Shown here one piece after another: positions 50,497-59,932 of a DNA stretch of 64,000 nt. This DNA comes from Minisyncoccota bacterium (GTDB lineage: Bacteria; Patescibacteriota; Minisyncoccia; Moranbacterales; UBA1568). The notes under the pieces are model-generated. The model was not told where the DNA came from. It worked only from the letters and a program-made list of their open reading frames with translations, and ran no database searches. How positions within the stretch are numbered: position 1 is the first letter of the stretch; each line of letters opens with the position of its first letter. Made by a program: the position numbers and the translations under genes. Location: NCBI GenBank assembly GCA_051306005.1, contig JBPPMJ010000003.1, positions 409,144 through 473,143 on the forward strand, in the 5' to 3' direction.

Positions 50497-52533
50497 CTAC
50501 TCCCGATTTGATTTCGTTTCGTTTAGCAAAGAACGCACTTCGTCAAGGTTGACAGAAGGTCGATGTCTGAGAGTTTTAAATTTTTTTGGTCCGATGTGTT
50601 GTGCGTCTCTCAAAGAAATCGGTTTCTCCGTCATCACGTAGGACTTGGGCGTGGTCAAAGACGCGGGTACAGCAGAAACTGGCGCACTCTGTGTTTGTTT
50701 GACCAGAGGCGCGGATAGAGTATGTTGTGCTGTAACTTCATTACGTGCTTTGGCGACCGACCGCTGATATTCACGCAAACAGTCTTTGCAAAATGTCGGA
50801 CGCTTGGCATCCGGTATGAAGGGTACTTGAATCTCAATGCCACAACTGGCGCATTGAGCTGGATACAATACTTTTTCCGATAATACCGAAGCTGGCGTTG
50901 ACTGCTCAACGGTCTCTGTTGCCTGACGTGCTGGTCGCGTCGCTGGTGATACGGATTGTTGGGGCGACTCTGATACTTCCAAAGAAAGCAATGACGTACG
51001 TTTTGGCGCCAACGGTGGTTCAAATGGTGCCAACAAAGGCACGTCGTCTGATGAGGATACTGGCGCGACAGCAGGAGAAGCTAAACGATGATGAGATGTC
51101 ACAATCCGGTTATTGACATGTGGTGCAACGTCTCGGGCGTGGTGTTCCGCATGTGATGGAATAGATGCGCGTGATATCGGAACGGATTTTTTCATCGGAA
51201 CTTCTGTTTTAGGCACTTGTTCCGCGATTGCTTGACGTTCTTGGGCAGTCAACATTCCACTCCATCGACGAATCTTTTCTTCAACTTCAACACGACTTGA
51301 AGCATAGCGCTCTCGAGAACTTTGAATGATTTTAGCTTCGTTAGCAACCGCTTCCAGGGCAATCGGCGGGAGTGTTGTCGCAGAAAAAGCATCTCCCGCG
51401 ATACCGTCGATCATAAGTTTGAGATAAATCTCATATTTCGGCAAATTGATAATATCATTCATAACGAAAACGGGCGCAAACTCTTTTTCCAAAAATTCCG
51501 CATCAGTCGCGCCAACCCGAAACGAAATAATAGTGCCGGCATTACCAAAAATGGCATCCCGCACCTTCTCATCAATTTGCGTCACGTACTGATTGGCAAG
51601 AATCAAATTGAGATGATACTTACGAGCTTCAGAAAGGATATTCGCAAAAGACTCCGTAGCAAAGTTTTGAAACTCATCGACATACAGATAGAAATCTTTG
51701 CGTTCATCTTCTGGCATATCCACTCGTCCCATCGCCGCGAGTTGAATCTTGGTAATCATCATGGCACCCAACAAAGCACCGTTGTCTTCTCCGATACGTC
51801 CTTTGGCAAGATTGATAATCAAAATCTTTTGTCCATCCATGACGTCACGAATATCAAACGATGAAACTGTCTGACCAACGATATTACGAATCAGGGAACT
51901 TGAAAGAAATTGTCCCACCTTGTTTTGAATCGGTGAAATGACTTCCTGGAGTACACGGTCGTTCCATTGAGAAAATTCATCTATCCAAAAGGCACGCACG
52001 ACAGGGTCGGTCACTTTTTCCACGATACGAGCTCGATAAGCCTTGTCAACCAAAATACGCGTTACACCAAGGAGTGTCGTACCAGGGTATTCCAACAAGG
52101 CGAGCAACGCATTACGTAAAATATATTCCAAACGAGGCCCCCAAGAATCTGCCCAAATTTTCTTGAACACACCGATAAGGCCCGAAGCAACCAGATGCCG
52201 GTATTCCGGATCGACTTTTTCCATGACATTGAATGCGAGAGGGAAGTCTTGATCAGCAGGATTGAGATAAATCACGTCATTGATACGATGGGCAGGAATG
52301 GCTTTGATGAGTTTTTCCGCCGTGTCACCGTGTGGATCAATAAAAGCGATACCATGTCCTTTTTGAATATCCTGAATCGCCAGATTCTCCAGGAGATTGG
52401 TCTTACCCATACCGGTCTTGCCGATAACATACATATGTCGCCGACGATCATCCACTTTGATACCAAACACTTGCTCCTTATTCCGAAAATTTGTTTTGGC
52501 AAAAAAACTGATTTCATCTTGATTGTGCGACAT
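50497..52533 (-). CDS. type IV coupling protein-like ATPase (VirD4/TraD/TrwB family), cytoplasmic, with a C-terminal zinc ribbon
   Basis: Walker A GKTGMGKTN, Walker B LYVDEFQNF, and a TraD/TrwB-like all-alpha insertion. There are no N-terminal TM helices. The C-terminal ~250 aa are low-complexity (S/P/A-rich) and end in CASCGIEIQ...CKDC (CxxC-N17-CxxC). Confidence 0.7.
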   Translation of the reverse strand: MSHNQDEISFFAKTNFRNKEQVFGIKVDDRRRHMYVIGKTGMGKTNLLENLAIQDIQKGHGIAFIDPHGDTAEKLIKAIPAHRINDVIYLNPADQDFPLAFNVMEKVDPEYRHLVASGLIGVFKKIWADSWGPRLEYILRNALLALLEYPGTTLLGVTRILVDKAYRARIVEKVTDPVVRAFWIDEFSQWNDRVLQEVISPIQNKVGQFLSSSLIRNIVGQTVSSFDIRDVMDGQKILIINLAKGRIGEDNGALLGAMMITKIQLAAMGRVDMPEDERKDFYLYVDEFQNFATESFANILSEARKYHLNLILANQYVTQIDEKVRDAIFGNAGTIISFRVGATDAEFLEKEFAPVFVMNDIINLPKYEIYLKLMIDGIAGDAFSATTLPPIALEAVANEAKIIQSSRERYASSRVEVEEKIRRWSGMLTAQERQAIAEQVPKTEVPMKKSVPISRASIPSHAEHHARDVAPHVNNRIVTSHHRLASPAVAPVSSSDDVPLLAPFEPPLAPKRTSLLSLEVSESPQQSVSPATRPARQATETVEQSTPASVLSEKVLYPAQCASCGIEIQVPFIPDAKRPTFCKDCLREYQRSVAKARNEVTAQHTLSAPLVKQTQSAPVSAVPASLTTPKSYVMTEKPISLRDAQHIGPKKFKTLRHRPSVNLDEVRSLLNETKSNRE

Positions 52534-52545
52534 AGTCTCTGTATC

Positions 52546-53847
52546 TTAAAGATTTTGGATTGGTAAATTGGCAGGTGCACTACCACGTTTGGCTGTCACT
52601 CGAGTGAGCGCCGGTGCCGTCACTGACATATCAGGAATATGAAACACGGTCGCCAATTCTTCCGAACTGAGCAAGAAACGAGTATGCTGAGGATCGGTAT
52701 CACGATTGATATATCGACGCAGTATCTGGCGCTGATAAAAACGCAGTCTTTTTTGAACAAAAAGATATTTTGCATCAGTTTTCGTATTATTCAACGGTTT
52801 GAAACCATTGAGATTTTGATCAGAAAACTGCTTCAAACCTCCGACAAAAGCGGAAACGCCCGTCATCTTGTTAAAAATACCCCGTCTTCCAATATAGACA
52901 TAACGCATACGAACCTTGAACATCTGTTTACCAAGATTATTTTCCAAGGCTTTCAAAACATCTTTTTCACCCGGTGTCAGACGAAATTCCACTGGTGCCT
53001 CATCTTTTTTTTCAGCTTTAGCGCCCGTTGAAAATGTGGTTTCCCCTCCCGTCAAGCCACGGCCAATGTTGGCAAAAACATCTATGAAATCCATAAACAA
53101 ACGCATCAAAATTCCCATCTTCTTTTCTTTAACTTTTCCCAAAAAAGTATCGATGGTTCCTCTGCCTGTTTTATACCAATCTTCTTTGACGGGCGTAATG
53201 GTGTACTGTAGCCACAAATGTTGTCCAGGGCCGGCGGTTCCCATAGTCTCAAACAAGCCTGCCAATGGATCTATCATCGTTCCCGTTACCGTTTCTTCAA
53301 AAAATTTGTATGTTTTGATAGGATACAGATCCTCCTTAACCAGTCCAAAGTCCGCACCCCATATATCCCAATCTTTGTTGGGAATCGTTTTCGGTATGTT
53401 CTTCACATAATCTGGCACTTCTACAATTTCCACACCAGGATACTGTGCATAAAAATGCGCTTCCACTAGATTACGAAAACCCGTCTGTGTCCGCACATAC
53501 ATATGCGTCGTTCCATTGGTACTGGCAATTTCCAATGAAAATGAAACTGGTAACTCTCCAATAATCCACTGCTCTGATGTGTTTGGCGATTTCAAAACAC
53601 CAGATAGCCCTGAAAAAATAGATTCCATGGGCTGAGGGCTTTTTTCAATATCCCGCGGAGGGATAATTTCCAACAACACCCACGTTATCTTGGAAGCAAA
53701 TTTTCCTTGAACATGGTCTTCCCAAAGAATTTTGAAGAGAAACAACAGAAAGGGAGGGAGAATAAAAAACCAAAGCACGGAAGCAACGGAAAATACCGTT
53801 GTCATCAGGGAAAAAATGTTGATGAAATCAGCGAAAAGAGTATTCAT
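52546..53847 (-). CDS. membrane protein partner of the T4CP-like ATPase
   Basis: 433 aa with two N-terminal TM helices and a large soluble domain. Its stop is 13 nt from the start of the ATPase gene. Confidence 0.5.
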   Translation of the reverse strand: MNTLFADFINIFSLMTTVFSVASVLWFFILPPFLLFLFKILWEDHVQGKFASKITWVLLEIIPPRDIEKSPQPMESIFSGLSGVLKSPNTSEQWIIGELPVSFSLEIASTNGTTHMYVRTQTGFRNLVEAHFYAQYPGVEIVEVPDYVKNIPKTIPNKDWDIWGADFGLVKEDLYPIKTYKFFEETVTGTMIDPLAGLFETMGTAGPGQHLWLQYTITPVKEDWYKTGRGTIDTFLGKVKEKKMGILMRLFMDFIDVFANIGRGLTGGETTFSTGAKAEKKDEAPVEFRLTPGEKDVLKALENNLGKQMFKVRMRYVYIGRRGIFNKMTGVSAFVGGLKQFSDQNLNGFKPLNNTKTDAKYLFVQKRLRFYQRQILRRYINRDTDPQHTRFLLSSEELATVFHIPDMSVTAPALTRVTAKRGSAPANLPIQNL

Positions 53848-53920
53848 GTCAATGTAAGTATAAGGTTCGTTGACCCTGCAACCAAAAATCTTTTACGCTA
53901 CTTACGTTCCTAATAACCGT

Positions 53921-55012
53921 TTATTTCTTGAGAGTGTAGGTATGCTTGCCCACGCGCTCAAAAAACATGTTCAGATTGATAATAATAGTGGATTGCTTCA
54001 CTTGACGCACTTGCAACACCGCTTGAATCGCTTCATCTCGAGACAGGGGTCTTGTTGATTTTCGAAGTAGCTCGTGCAAAACATCCTTAACGGTGCCTTT
54101 GGAATATCCCCATTCGGACAAAGCATATACTCCGCGTCCCACCAAAACGAAACATTCATCTTTAATCAATTCATTATGTACTGTTTGTGGATGACTCTGG
54201 CGCTTTTTTCCTCGGTGTAATCCATGACTGTCGATTTTTTCTGCGATTTCACGAAAATGCATCGGTGTACCAGACATTTTCAAAACCAAACGCGCTTTCT
54301 CCCGAGTACCACGCGGTTTAATATCACCCCACGCACTGAGACCCCATTGACCAAAAACATTCTGACGAATACCTTTGGCAACCGCCAAAAAATCAAAGAG
54401 TTTTTGGCGATCAGCTGAACCGTGCGTCTCAGTAAAACGTGTGAACAAGGTATCGGCATCTAACGCATGTCCAAACTCTCGCAAAATAAACTCAATATCC
54501 GCAATAACCTTCTGCCATTGCGCAAAGGAAAAATTTGGTGTCGTGTATACTTTCTCACGTTCCGTGGTACCTTTGTGTTCTCGGATAGCAAGAGTACACT
54601 CGACAAAAACAGACAGTGCCCCATGTTCTCGCCCACCTTGTGGTGCAAGAATGTCAAACAACTCTACTGCTTTTATGATACCACTTTTTTTCTCAAGAGT
54701 CGATTGGATACGTGACACAGCGGAAAGGAATGATGGATGTTCACCTTTTTCGCCCAAGGATATCAATGCGCTTCCGATGACCTGGCGCACACGCTCCCGT
54801 GTTACATGATATGTTTGGCCGATTTCTTCCAACGTTTTGGGCATTTCTCCCGTCAAGCCAAAACGCGCCGATACAATTTCACGTGAACGTGGAGAAAGAC
54901 ATACCAAAAACTCCTCCAGGCGCGAGGCAAAGAATGGTTTTTCCGTAACAACGGCGGAACGCTTTTTGGTTGGTGGCAAGTTACGTACGGACATATTATA
55001 CAAATTCAACAA
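53921..55012 (-). CDS. transcription factor with an N-terminal sigma-70 region 4 and a C-terminal HARE-HTH domain
   Basis: Region 4.2-like LSPRSREIVSARFGL...TLEEIGQTYHVTRERVRQV. The C-terminal MHFREIAEKI...LIKDECFVLVGRGVYALSEWGY resembles the RpoE(delta)-type HARE-HTH. There are no sigma regions 1-3. Confidence 0.6.
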   Translation of the reverse strand: MLNLYNMSVRNLPPTKKRSAVVTEKPFFASRLEEFLVCLSPRSREIVSARFGLTGEMPKTLEEIGQTYHVTRERVRQVIGSALISLGEKGEHPSFLSAVSRIQSTLEKKSGIIKAVELFDILAPQGGREHGALSVFVECTLAIREHKGTTEREKVYTTPNFSFAQWQKVIADIEFILREFGHALDADTLFTRFTETHGSADRQKLFDFLAVAKGIRQNVFGQWGLSAWGDIKPRGTREKARLVLKMSGTPMHFREIAEKIDSHGLHRGKKRQSHPQTVHNELIKDECFVLVGRGVYALSEWGYSKGTVKDVLHELLRKSTRPLSRDEAIQAVLQVRQVKQSTIIINLNMFFERVGKHTYTLKK

Positions 55013-55137
55013 TAAATAAAGAGTCTAATATGTAGAATGAAGGGATTTTTTATTCAATGTTCTACAATAGCAATTTATATTACCGCACGTTCTTGTGTTT
55101 TGTCAACCCCCAAGTGAGATCCTCACCACACATTACC

Positions 55138-55165
55138 TTGCTTCACCAAAAAAATATGCTATACT
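55138..55165 (+). promoter_or_regulatory. sigma-70 promoter TTGCTT-N16-TGcTATACT
   Basis: The same extended -10 architecture as the promoters at 27842 and 43081. Confidence 0.5.
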
Positions 55166-55239
55166 ATATTCTGTGTACCGATATACTTTGCAAAAGTTTT
55201 CTACACACTAAAATACCAATACAAATATCAAACATAACT

Positions 55240-55989
55240 ATGTCCAAAAATATTGCTCCACAGGAAAATGAGCACAATGAGCATGATCAAGCGATGAAAA
55301 TCCAGGCACTGCGGGATATGGTTTTGAGCGCTGAAAAAACCATTCAAGGTGCCAAAGCGATGTTGCTCCAACTTGAAGGAAAGAAAAAATCTGGACGACC
55401 GCGGAAACTGGATGCCAATGGCGAAGATGGTACGGTCATCGAAGGGACTTTTGATGGACAAGTAATGATCGGGACAGATGGTAAGCAGTATCCCGTTCCC
55501 GCGAATTACGCCTCCAAGTCCAAACTTGTTGAAGGTGATATTCTCAAACTTACTATCACTTCCAACGGCACTTTTCTCTACAAACAGATTGGTCCGATTG
55601 AACGTCGTCATGCCATCGCCATCGTCACCCAAGATGAAAATGGTAACTATTATGTGCTGGCTGATAGCAAACCCTACCGCGTCCTATTGGCATCCATCAC
55701 TTATTTCAAAGCAATGCCGGGAGACGAAGTCGCCATTGTCATTCCCAATGAACTTCCCGCTACCTGGGCTGCCATTGAAAATGTTCTCCAAAAAGGTATC
55801 CACCCAAGCATGCTATCCACAACCGAAAAATCCAGCACTGATATTGATCATTGGAAACAGGGTATGCAAGAAACACCCTCTACTCCACTCGTCCCACCGT
55901 CCACACCGGCACAAACGACTGTCTTGGATGCCTGGGTGCGCGATATGGAAGCTATAGAAAAAGAAATTAATAATACCGCTTCAGTATAA
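55240..55989 (+). CDS. hypothetical protein
   Basis: About 250 aa, acidic N-terminus. The start was set at MSKNIAPQ, because the longer ORF from 55057 runs through the promoter region. Confidence 0.5.
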   Translation: MSKNIAPQENEHNEHDQAMKIQALRDMVLSAEKTIQGAKAMLLQLEGKKKSGRPRKLDANGEDGTVIEGTFDGQVMIGTDGKQYPVPANYASKSKLVEGDILKLTITSNGTFLYKQIGPIERRHAIAIVTQDENGNYYVLADSKPYRVLLASITYFKAMPGDEVAIVIPNELPATWAAIENVLQKGIHPSMLSTTEKSSTDIDHWKQGMQETPSTPLVPPSTPAQTTVLDAWVRDMEAIEKEINNTASV

Positions 55990-55994
55990 GTCCT

Positions 55995-56600
55995 ATGCGT
56001 TTGACATCACGTGACTTGCTTTTTGCTGGCATAAATGGTGCTTTTATCGGCATCTTGGCGCCATTTATTTTCAGCAACCTCTCCATTGCGCTACCGATGC
56101 CCGAAATATTTTTGGTTCCCTTGCTCGCTTTGCTCTCCGTTCTTGGTATTGCCAGCGGATACATTCTTGCCACATTCATTCGCCCCTTTTTCTTTCAGCT
56201 CGCCAAGTTTGGATTGATCGGAGTCACCAATACGGTGGTAGATCTCGGACTCTACAATCTCTTCATTTTTATGAGCGATATCTCATCAGGATATATGATT
56301 TCTGTCTTCAAAAGTTTTTCCGTCTTGGCAGCCATTCTCAATAGCTACGTGTGGAACAAATTCTGGTCTTTTGAAAGAAAAGAGTCAGAAAATTTTGGTG
56401 AAGAATTTACGCAATTTCTTCTCATCAGTCTTATCGGACTTCTTCTCAATGTCGGCATTACCAGCTTTATCGTCAACGTTATCAGTGTGCCGATGGGTAT
56501 GCCCGACAAAGCATGGGCGAATATTGGCGGGCTCACCGCTTCCGTCCTTGTACTGACCTGGAATTTTGTCGGGTACAAATTTTTTGTGTTCAAGAAATAA
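55995..56600 (+). CDS. GtrA-family membrane protein
   Basis: 201 aa with 4 TM helices and a GtrA-like signature (FGLIGVTNTVVDLGLYNLF...NFVGYKFFVF). Confidence 0.65.
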   Translation: MRLTSRDLLFAGINGAFIGILAPFIFSNLSIALPMPEIFLVPLLALLSVLGIASGYILATFIRPFFFQLAKFGLIGVTNTVVDLGLYNLFIFMSDISSGYMISVFKSFSVLAAILNSYVWNKFWSFERKESENFGEEFTQFLLISLIGLLLNVGITSFIVNVISVPMGMPDKAWANIGGLTASVLVLTWNFVGYKFFVFKK

Positions 56601-56714
56601 CGCACAATACCTTACCGGCAAATGAATGAAAAAGTACACGTATAATGGATACTTTTTTTCTCCCTCAAAACGCTGTATACTGTAAAAAGGTCTCCAATAT
56701 CCTGCTTCATTCCT

Positions 56715-58385
56715 ATGCCCGAATCCACTACCCTCTATCGTAAATATCGTCCACAGATTTTTGCCGATGTTGTAGGCCAACAACCTATCGTCACCACGCT
56801 GACCAACGCTCTCAAGCTTGGACGTGTCGGTCAAGCATATCTCTTGACGGGTCCGCGCGGAACCGGCAAAACAACACTTGCCCGTCTCTTTGCCAAAGCT
56901 ATCAATTGCTCTGCCCGCAAACCAAAAAGTGCAGAACCCTGCAATCAGTGCCAACACTGTCTCTTGATGGCAGAAGGACGATCACTGGACGTGACTGAAA
57001 TTGATGCTGCCTCACATACAGGTGTAGACAATATTCGCACTCTTCGTGAAACCATTCAGCTCCCACCTACCCTCGGCTCTCACAAAATCTATATCATTGA
57101 TGAAGTACATATGCTCTCCCTTGGGGCATTCAATGCGCTCCTCAAAACTCTTGAAGAGCCTCCGGCTCATGTCGTTTTTATTCTCGCTACCACAGCTTTG
57201 CACAAAGTACCGGATACCATCATTTCACGTTGCCAACGTTTTGATTTGATCCGTTTTCCTGTAACTTTGATTACACAAAAACTCAGAAAAATCACCACGC
57301 AAGAAAAACTCCATATTACTGACGGTGCGCTTGAAATGATTGCCCTAACAGCCGAAGGCGGAATGCGTGATGCCGAATCCTTGCTCACACAAATCGCTTC
57401 ACTCGATATTTCTCCGATTACTGAAGACACCATCATTGAGATTTTGGGTACAACAAAACAAGCGAATATCGTTACTCTGCTTCAGCATATCAGCAATCGT
57501 GAACTCTATCCCGGTCTGGCGTATATCCGCCATCTCACCGACGAAGGCATTGATTTTTCGTTATATTGCGGAGCTCTCCTGCGTTATCTGCGTGATGTCC
57601 TCTTGGTTTCTGCGGATATGATCAATGGTCCTGCCCTCTTGACGCACCTCACTCCTGAACAACAAACTACTCTCACTGATCTGGCAAAGCATTTTACACC
57701 AGATGATATCGTGCGGATGCTCGAACACTTTCAGATTGCTTCCGCTGACAGCAAAACATCCGTCATTTCTGAACTTCCATTGGAAATTGCGTTTGTCAAA
57801 ATTCTCGCACCATCCACTCCTCCGGACAGCGCCACAACAACATCTGCACCAATGACTCTGCTACCTACTCCGACAGCCAATAACATTCCCTCAAATGCAG
57901 ATACAACAAAAAAGCCGTCGTCATTTTCAAAGATTCAAACATCCACAATAACAACAACATCAATTCAGTCAACAGATGATGCGAGTGTCGATACCATATC
58001 AGTCGGCACATCCGTCACCCTTGCCACTGTCCATACAAACTGGCAAAAAATACTTGACACAGCCAAAAAACTCAATGCCTCTCTTACTCTCGGGCTCTCC
58101 ACTGCCCGTCCTATCAAAACTCATGGCACGCTCATCACTATTGCTGTTAAATATCCTTTCCACAAAGAACGTCTTGATGAACCTGCTAATCAATTGACAC
58201 TCCAGAGCGCCTTTGATACTATTTTAGGGTTGCAAATTAAAATTGCGATTGTCCTGGAGGACACCCGTGTCCCAGACAACGATGTTCAACAACCAGTCAA
58301 AACCTCTGAAAAAGACTCTGCTTCTGATGTATTGATCAATCAGGCGATGAAACTTTTGGGAGGGACGATGGTCAATGAAGCATAA
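56715..58385 (+). CDS. dnaX: DNA polymerase III subunit gamma/tau
   Basis: YRPQIFADVVGQ, GPRGTGKTT, a zinc module CSARKPKSAEPCNQCQHC, and DEVHML. The C-terminal third is Thr/Ser-rich and low-complexity. Confidence 0.93.
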   Translation: MPESTTLYRKYRPQIFADVVGQQPIVTTLTNALKLGRVGQAYLLTGPRGTGKTTLARLFAKAINCSARKPKSAEPCNQCQHCLLMAEGRSLDVTEIDAASHTGVDNIRTLRETIQLPPTLGSHKIYIIDEVHMLSLGAFNALLKTLEEPPAHVVFILATTALHKVPDTIISRCQRFDLIRFPVTLITQKLRKITTQEKLHITDGALEMIALTAEGGMRDAESLLTQIASLDISPITEDTIIEILGTTKQANIVTLLQHISNRELYPGLAYIRHLTDEGIDFSLYCGALLRYLRDVLLVSADMINGPALLTHLTPEQQTTLTDLAKHFTPDDIVRMLEHFQIASADSKTSVISELPLEIAFVKILAPSTPPDSATTTSAPMTLLPTPTANNIPSNADTTKKPSSFSKIQTSTITTTSIQSTDDASVDTISVGTSVTLATVHTNWQKILDTAKKLNASLTLGLSTARPIKTHGTLITIAVKYPFHKERLDEPANQLTLQSAFDTILGLQIKIAIVLEDTRVPDNDVQQPVKTSEKDSASDVLINQAMKLLGGTMVNEA

Positions 58386-59932
58386 TACGGTTTCATTGAA
58401 AAATATTGTGGGGAGTAGCCAAGCGGTAAGGCAGGGGCCTTTGAAGCCCCCATACGAAGGTTCGATCCCTTCCTCCCCAGCATTTGTGAAAAGTCACCAT
58501 TTTTAGGTGATTTTTTTAGTATCTCAAACGGCATTTTGAAGCTCGATGAAGGCATTTCTTTGTGTTGAATTTCAAGGTTCCAAAGTAGTCTTTCAAGCAT
58601 TTTCGATTTCCTTTCGTTAGGGGCAGTGATAAATTCTTTTTTGGCTCTACTAGCGGTTAAAAAGATCTCTTTAATTTGTTCTAAAGTACTTAGCCCTCCC
58701 TCCGTTTTTGATCCGATTTTTCGCAACTGCGAATTAATCATTTCTCTTTCATTTTGAATTTGCTTCATTTTTGCCTCGTAAGCGTCAGAAGTGATATGTT
58801 CGGCCAGATACACATCCAAGAGCTTTGATTCTCGACCAGCAAGGCTTTCAAGCTTATTTAAGAGCGTTTCCCGAGAGGTTTCTTGGTAAATTTCTGTCTG
58901 CATGCTTTTTTCCTTTCGAGCGAGATAGGCCAATTCGATCAATTCCTCATCAAAATGGATTTCATCAAACAGGGTCGCCACGATAGCTTCAACGCTTTCA
59001 GACCGCATATAGCTTCGGTGTTCCTCACAGCGATTTCTGCCATTTGTGCAGTAGTAATAATCGTGCCCCTTTTGACGGCTGGCAATAAAGGCACAGCCAC
59101 CGCATTTAAGATATCCTCTAAGGGTGAAGACTAACTTCTGCTTCTTGGTATGGATTCGGCGATACAAAACATCTTGTACCTTTTCAAACAATTGCTGGGG
59201 GACCTCCGGTTCGTGGCGACCCTGATACAATTTGCCATTTCGCTCCATGAGCCCGTAATAGAAATGGTTAGAAAGAATTTTATGAATTTTACTTTTGTGT
59301 ACTTTACGATCATTGAGGGTTCGGAAGCCGTCTTCGTATAAAAGAGTGGCGATATCCATAACACTATATCCGCCAGTAGCATACAGTTCAAATGCTTTGA
59401 GAATGTAGGGTGCCCGCTCCTCATCAATGATAATAGTTTTGTTGAGTTTATCATTGAGATACCCAATAGGAGCGACACCAGGCCAGCCACCTTTTTCAAG
59501 TTTTGTTTTATTCCCACGTTTCACATTAACGGAAAGATCATCAGAATATTTTTTACCTACACCAAAGTCAATCGAGAGCATGAACTTGTCGATTGGATTA
59601 TCTACGATGATTTTATCAATCGTCCGAATTTCTTTAATATTTCCATTTTCCAAAAGGTCGATAATCTGAGAGCCGTCAAAAATATTTCGGGTCAATCGAT
59701 CAACCTTCCAAGCAAAAACGATGCAGTCTTTATTCTTGCTGATATATTCAAGCATTTCTTTGAAAACAGGCCGGCCAGGATGTTTGGCTGACATACTTTC
59801 TTTGTATGTTTTATCAATTTTGAACCCAAGCCTGCTAGCCATTTTCAAAAGCTCCGTTTCTTGCGATTCGATAGACATCGCTTGACGATCTTCACTTTCA
59901 GTAGATTTTCTGGCGTAAAGGATATGTTTCAT
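58340..59932 (-). CDS. large serine recombinase (resolvase/integrase family)
   Basis: N-terminal catalytic domain YARKSTESEDRQAMSIESQ (Ser nucleophile in a YxRxS context), a recombinase domain, a Zn ribbon (CGGCAFIASRQKGHDYYYCTNGRNRC) and a C-terminal coiled coil. The ORF reads antisense through tRNA-Gln and 46 nt into dnaX. Confidence 0.85.
   Translation of the reverse strand: MKHILYARKSTESEDRQAMSIESQETELLKMASRLGFKIDKTYKESMSAKHPGRPVFKEMLEYISKNKDCIVFAWKVDRLTRNIFDGSQIIDLLENGNIKEIRTIDKIIVDNPIDKFMLSIDFGVGKKYSDDLSVNVKRGNKTKLEKGGWPGVAPIGYLNDKLNKTIIIDEERAPYILKAFELYATGGYSVMDIATLLYEDGFRTLNDRKVHKSKIHKILSNHFYYGLMERNGKLYQGRHEPEVPQQLFEKVQDVLYRRIHTKKQKLVFTLRGYLKCGGCAFIASRQKGHDYYYCTNGRNRCEEHRSYMRSESVEAIVATLFDEIHFDEELIELAYLARKEKSMQTEIYQETSRETLLNKLESLAGRESKLLDVYLAEHITSDAYEAKMKQIQNEREMINSQLRKIGSKTEGGLSTLEQIKEIFLTASRAKKEFITAPNERKSKMLERLLWNLEIQHKEMPSSSFKMPFEILKKSPKNGDFSQMLGRKGSNLRMGASKAPALPLGYSPQYFSMKPYYASLTIVPPKSFIA
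58409..58480 (+). tRNA. tRNA-Gln (anticodon UUG)
   Basis: Manual cloverleaf. Acceptor TGGGGAG/CTCCCCA with U1:A72 and discriminator G73, both characteristic of bacterial tRNA-Gln. D-arm GCC...GGC, anticodon stem GGGGC/GCCCC with loop CTTTGAA, and T-arm GAAGG-TTCGATC-CCTTC. No CCA is encoded. Confidence 0.85.

Noticed and set aside
56601-56714. Possible SRP RNA (ffs) upstream of dnaX, as in Bacillus
   Set aside because: Neither strand contains the conserved domain IV GGAA...AGCAG-type motif, and two -10-like boxes suggest it is simply the dnaX promoter region.
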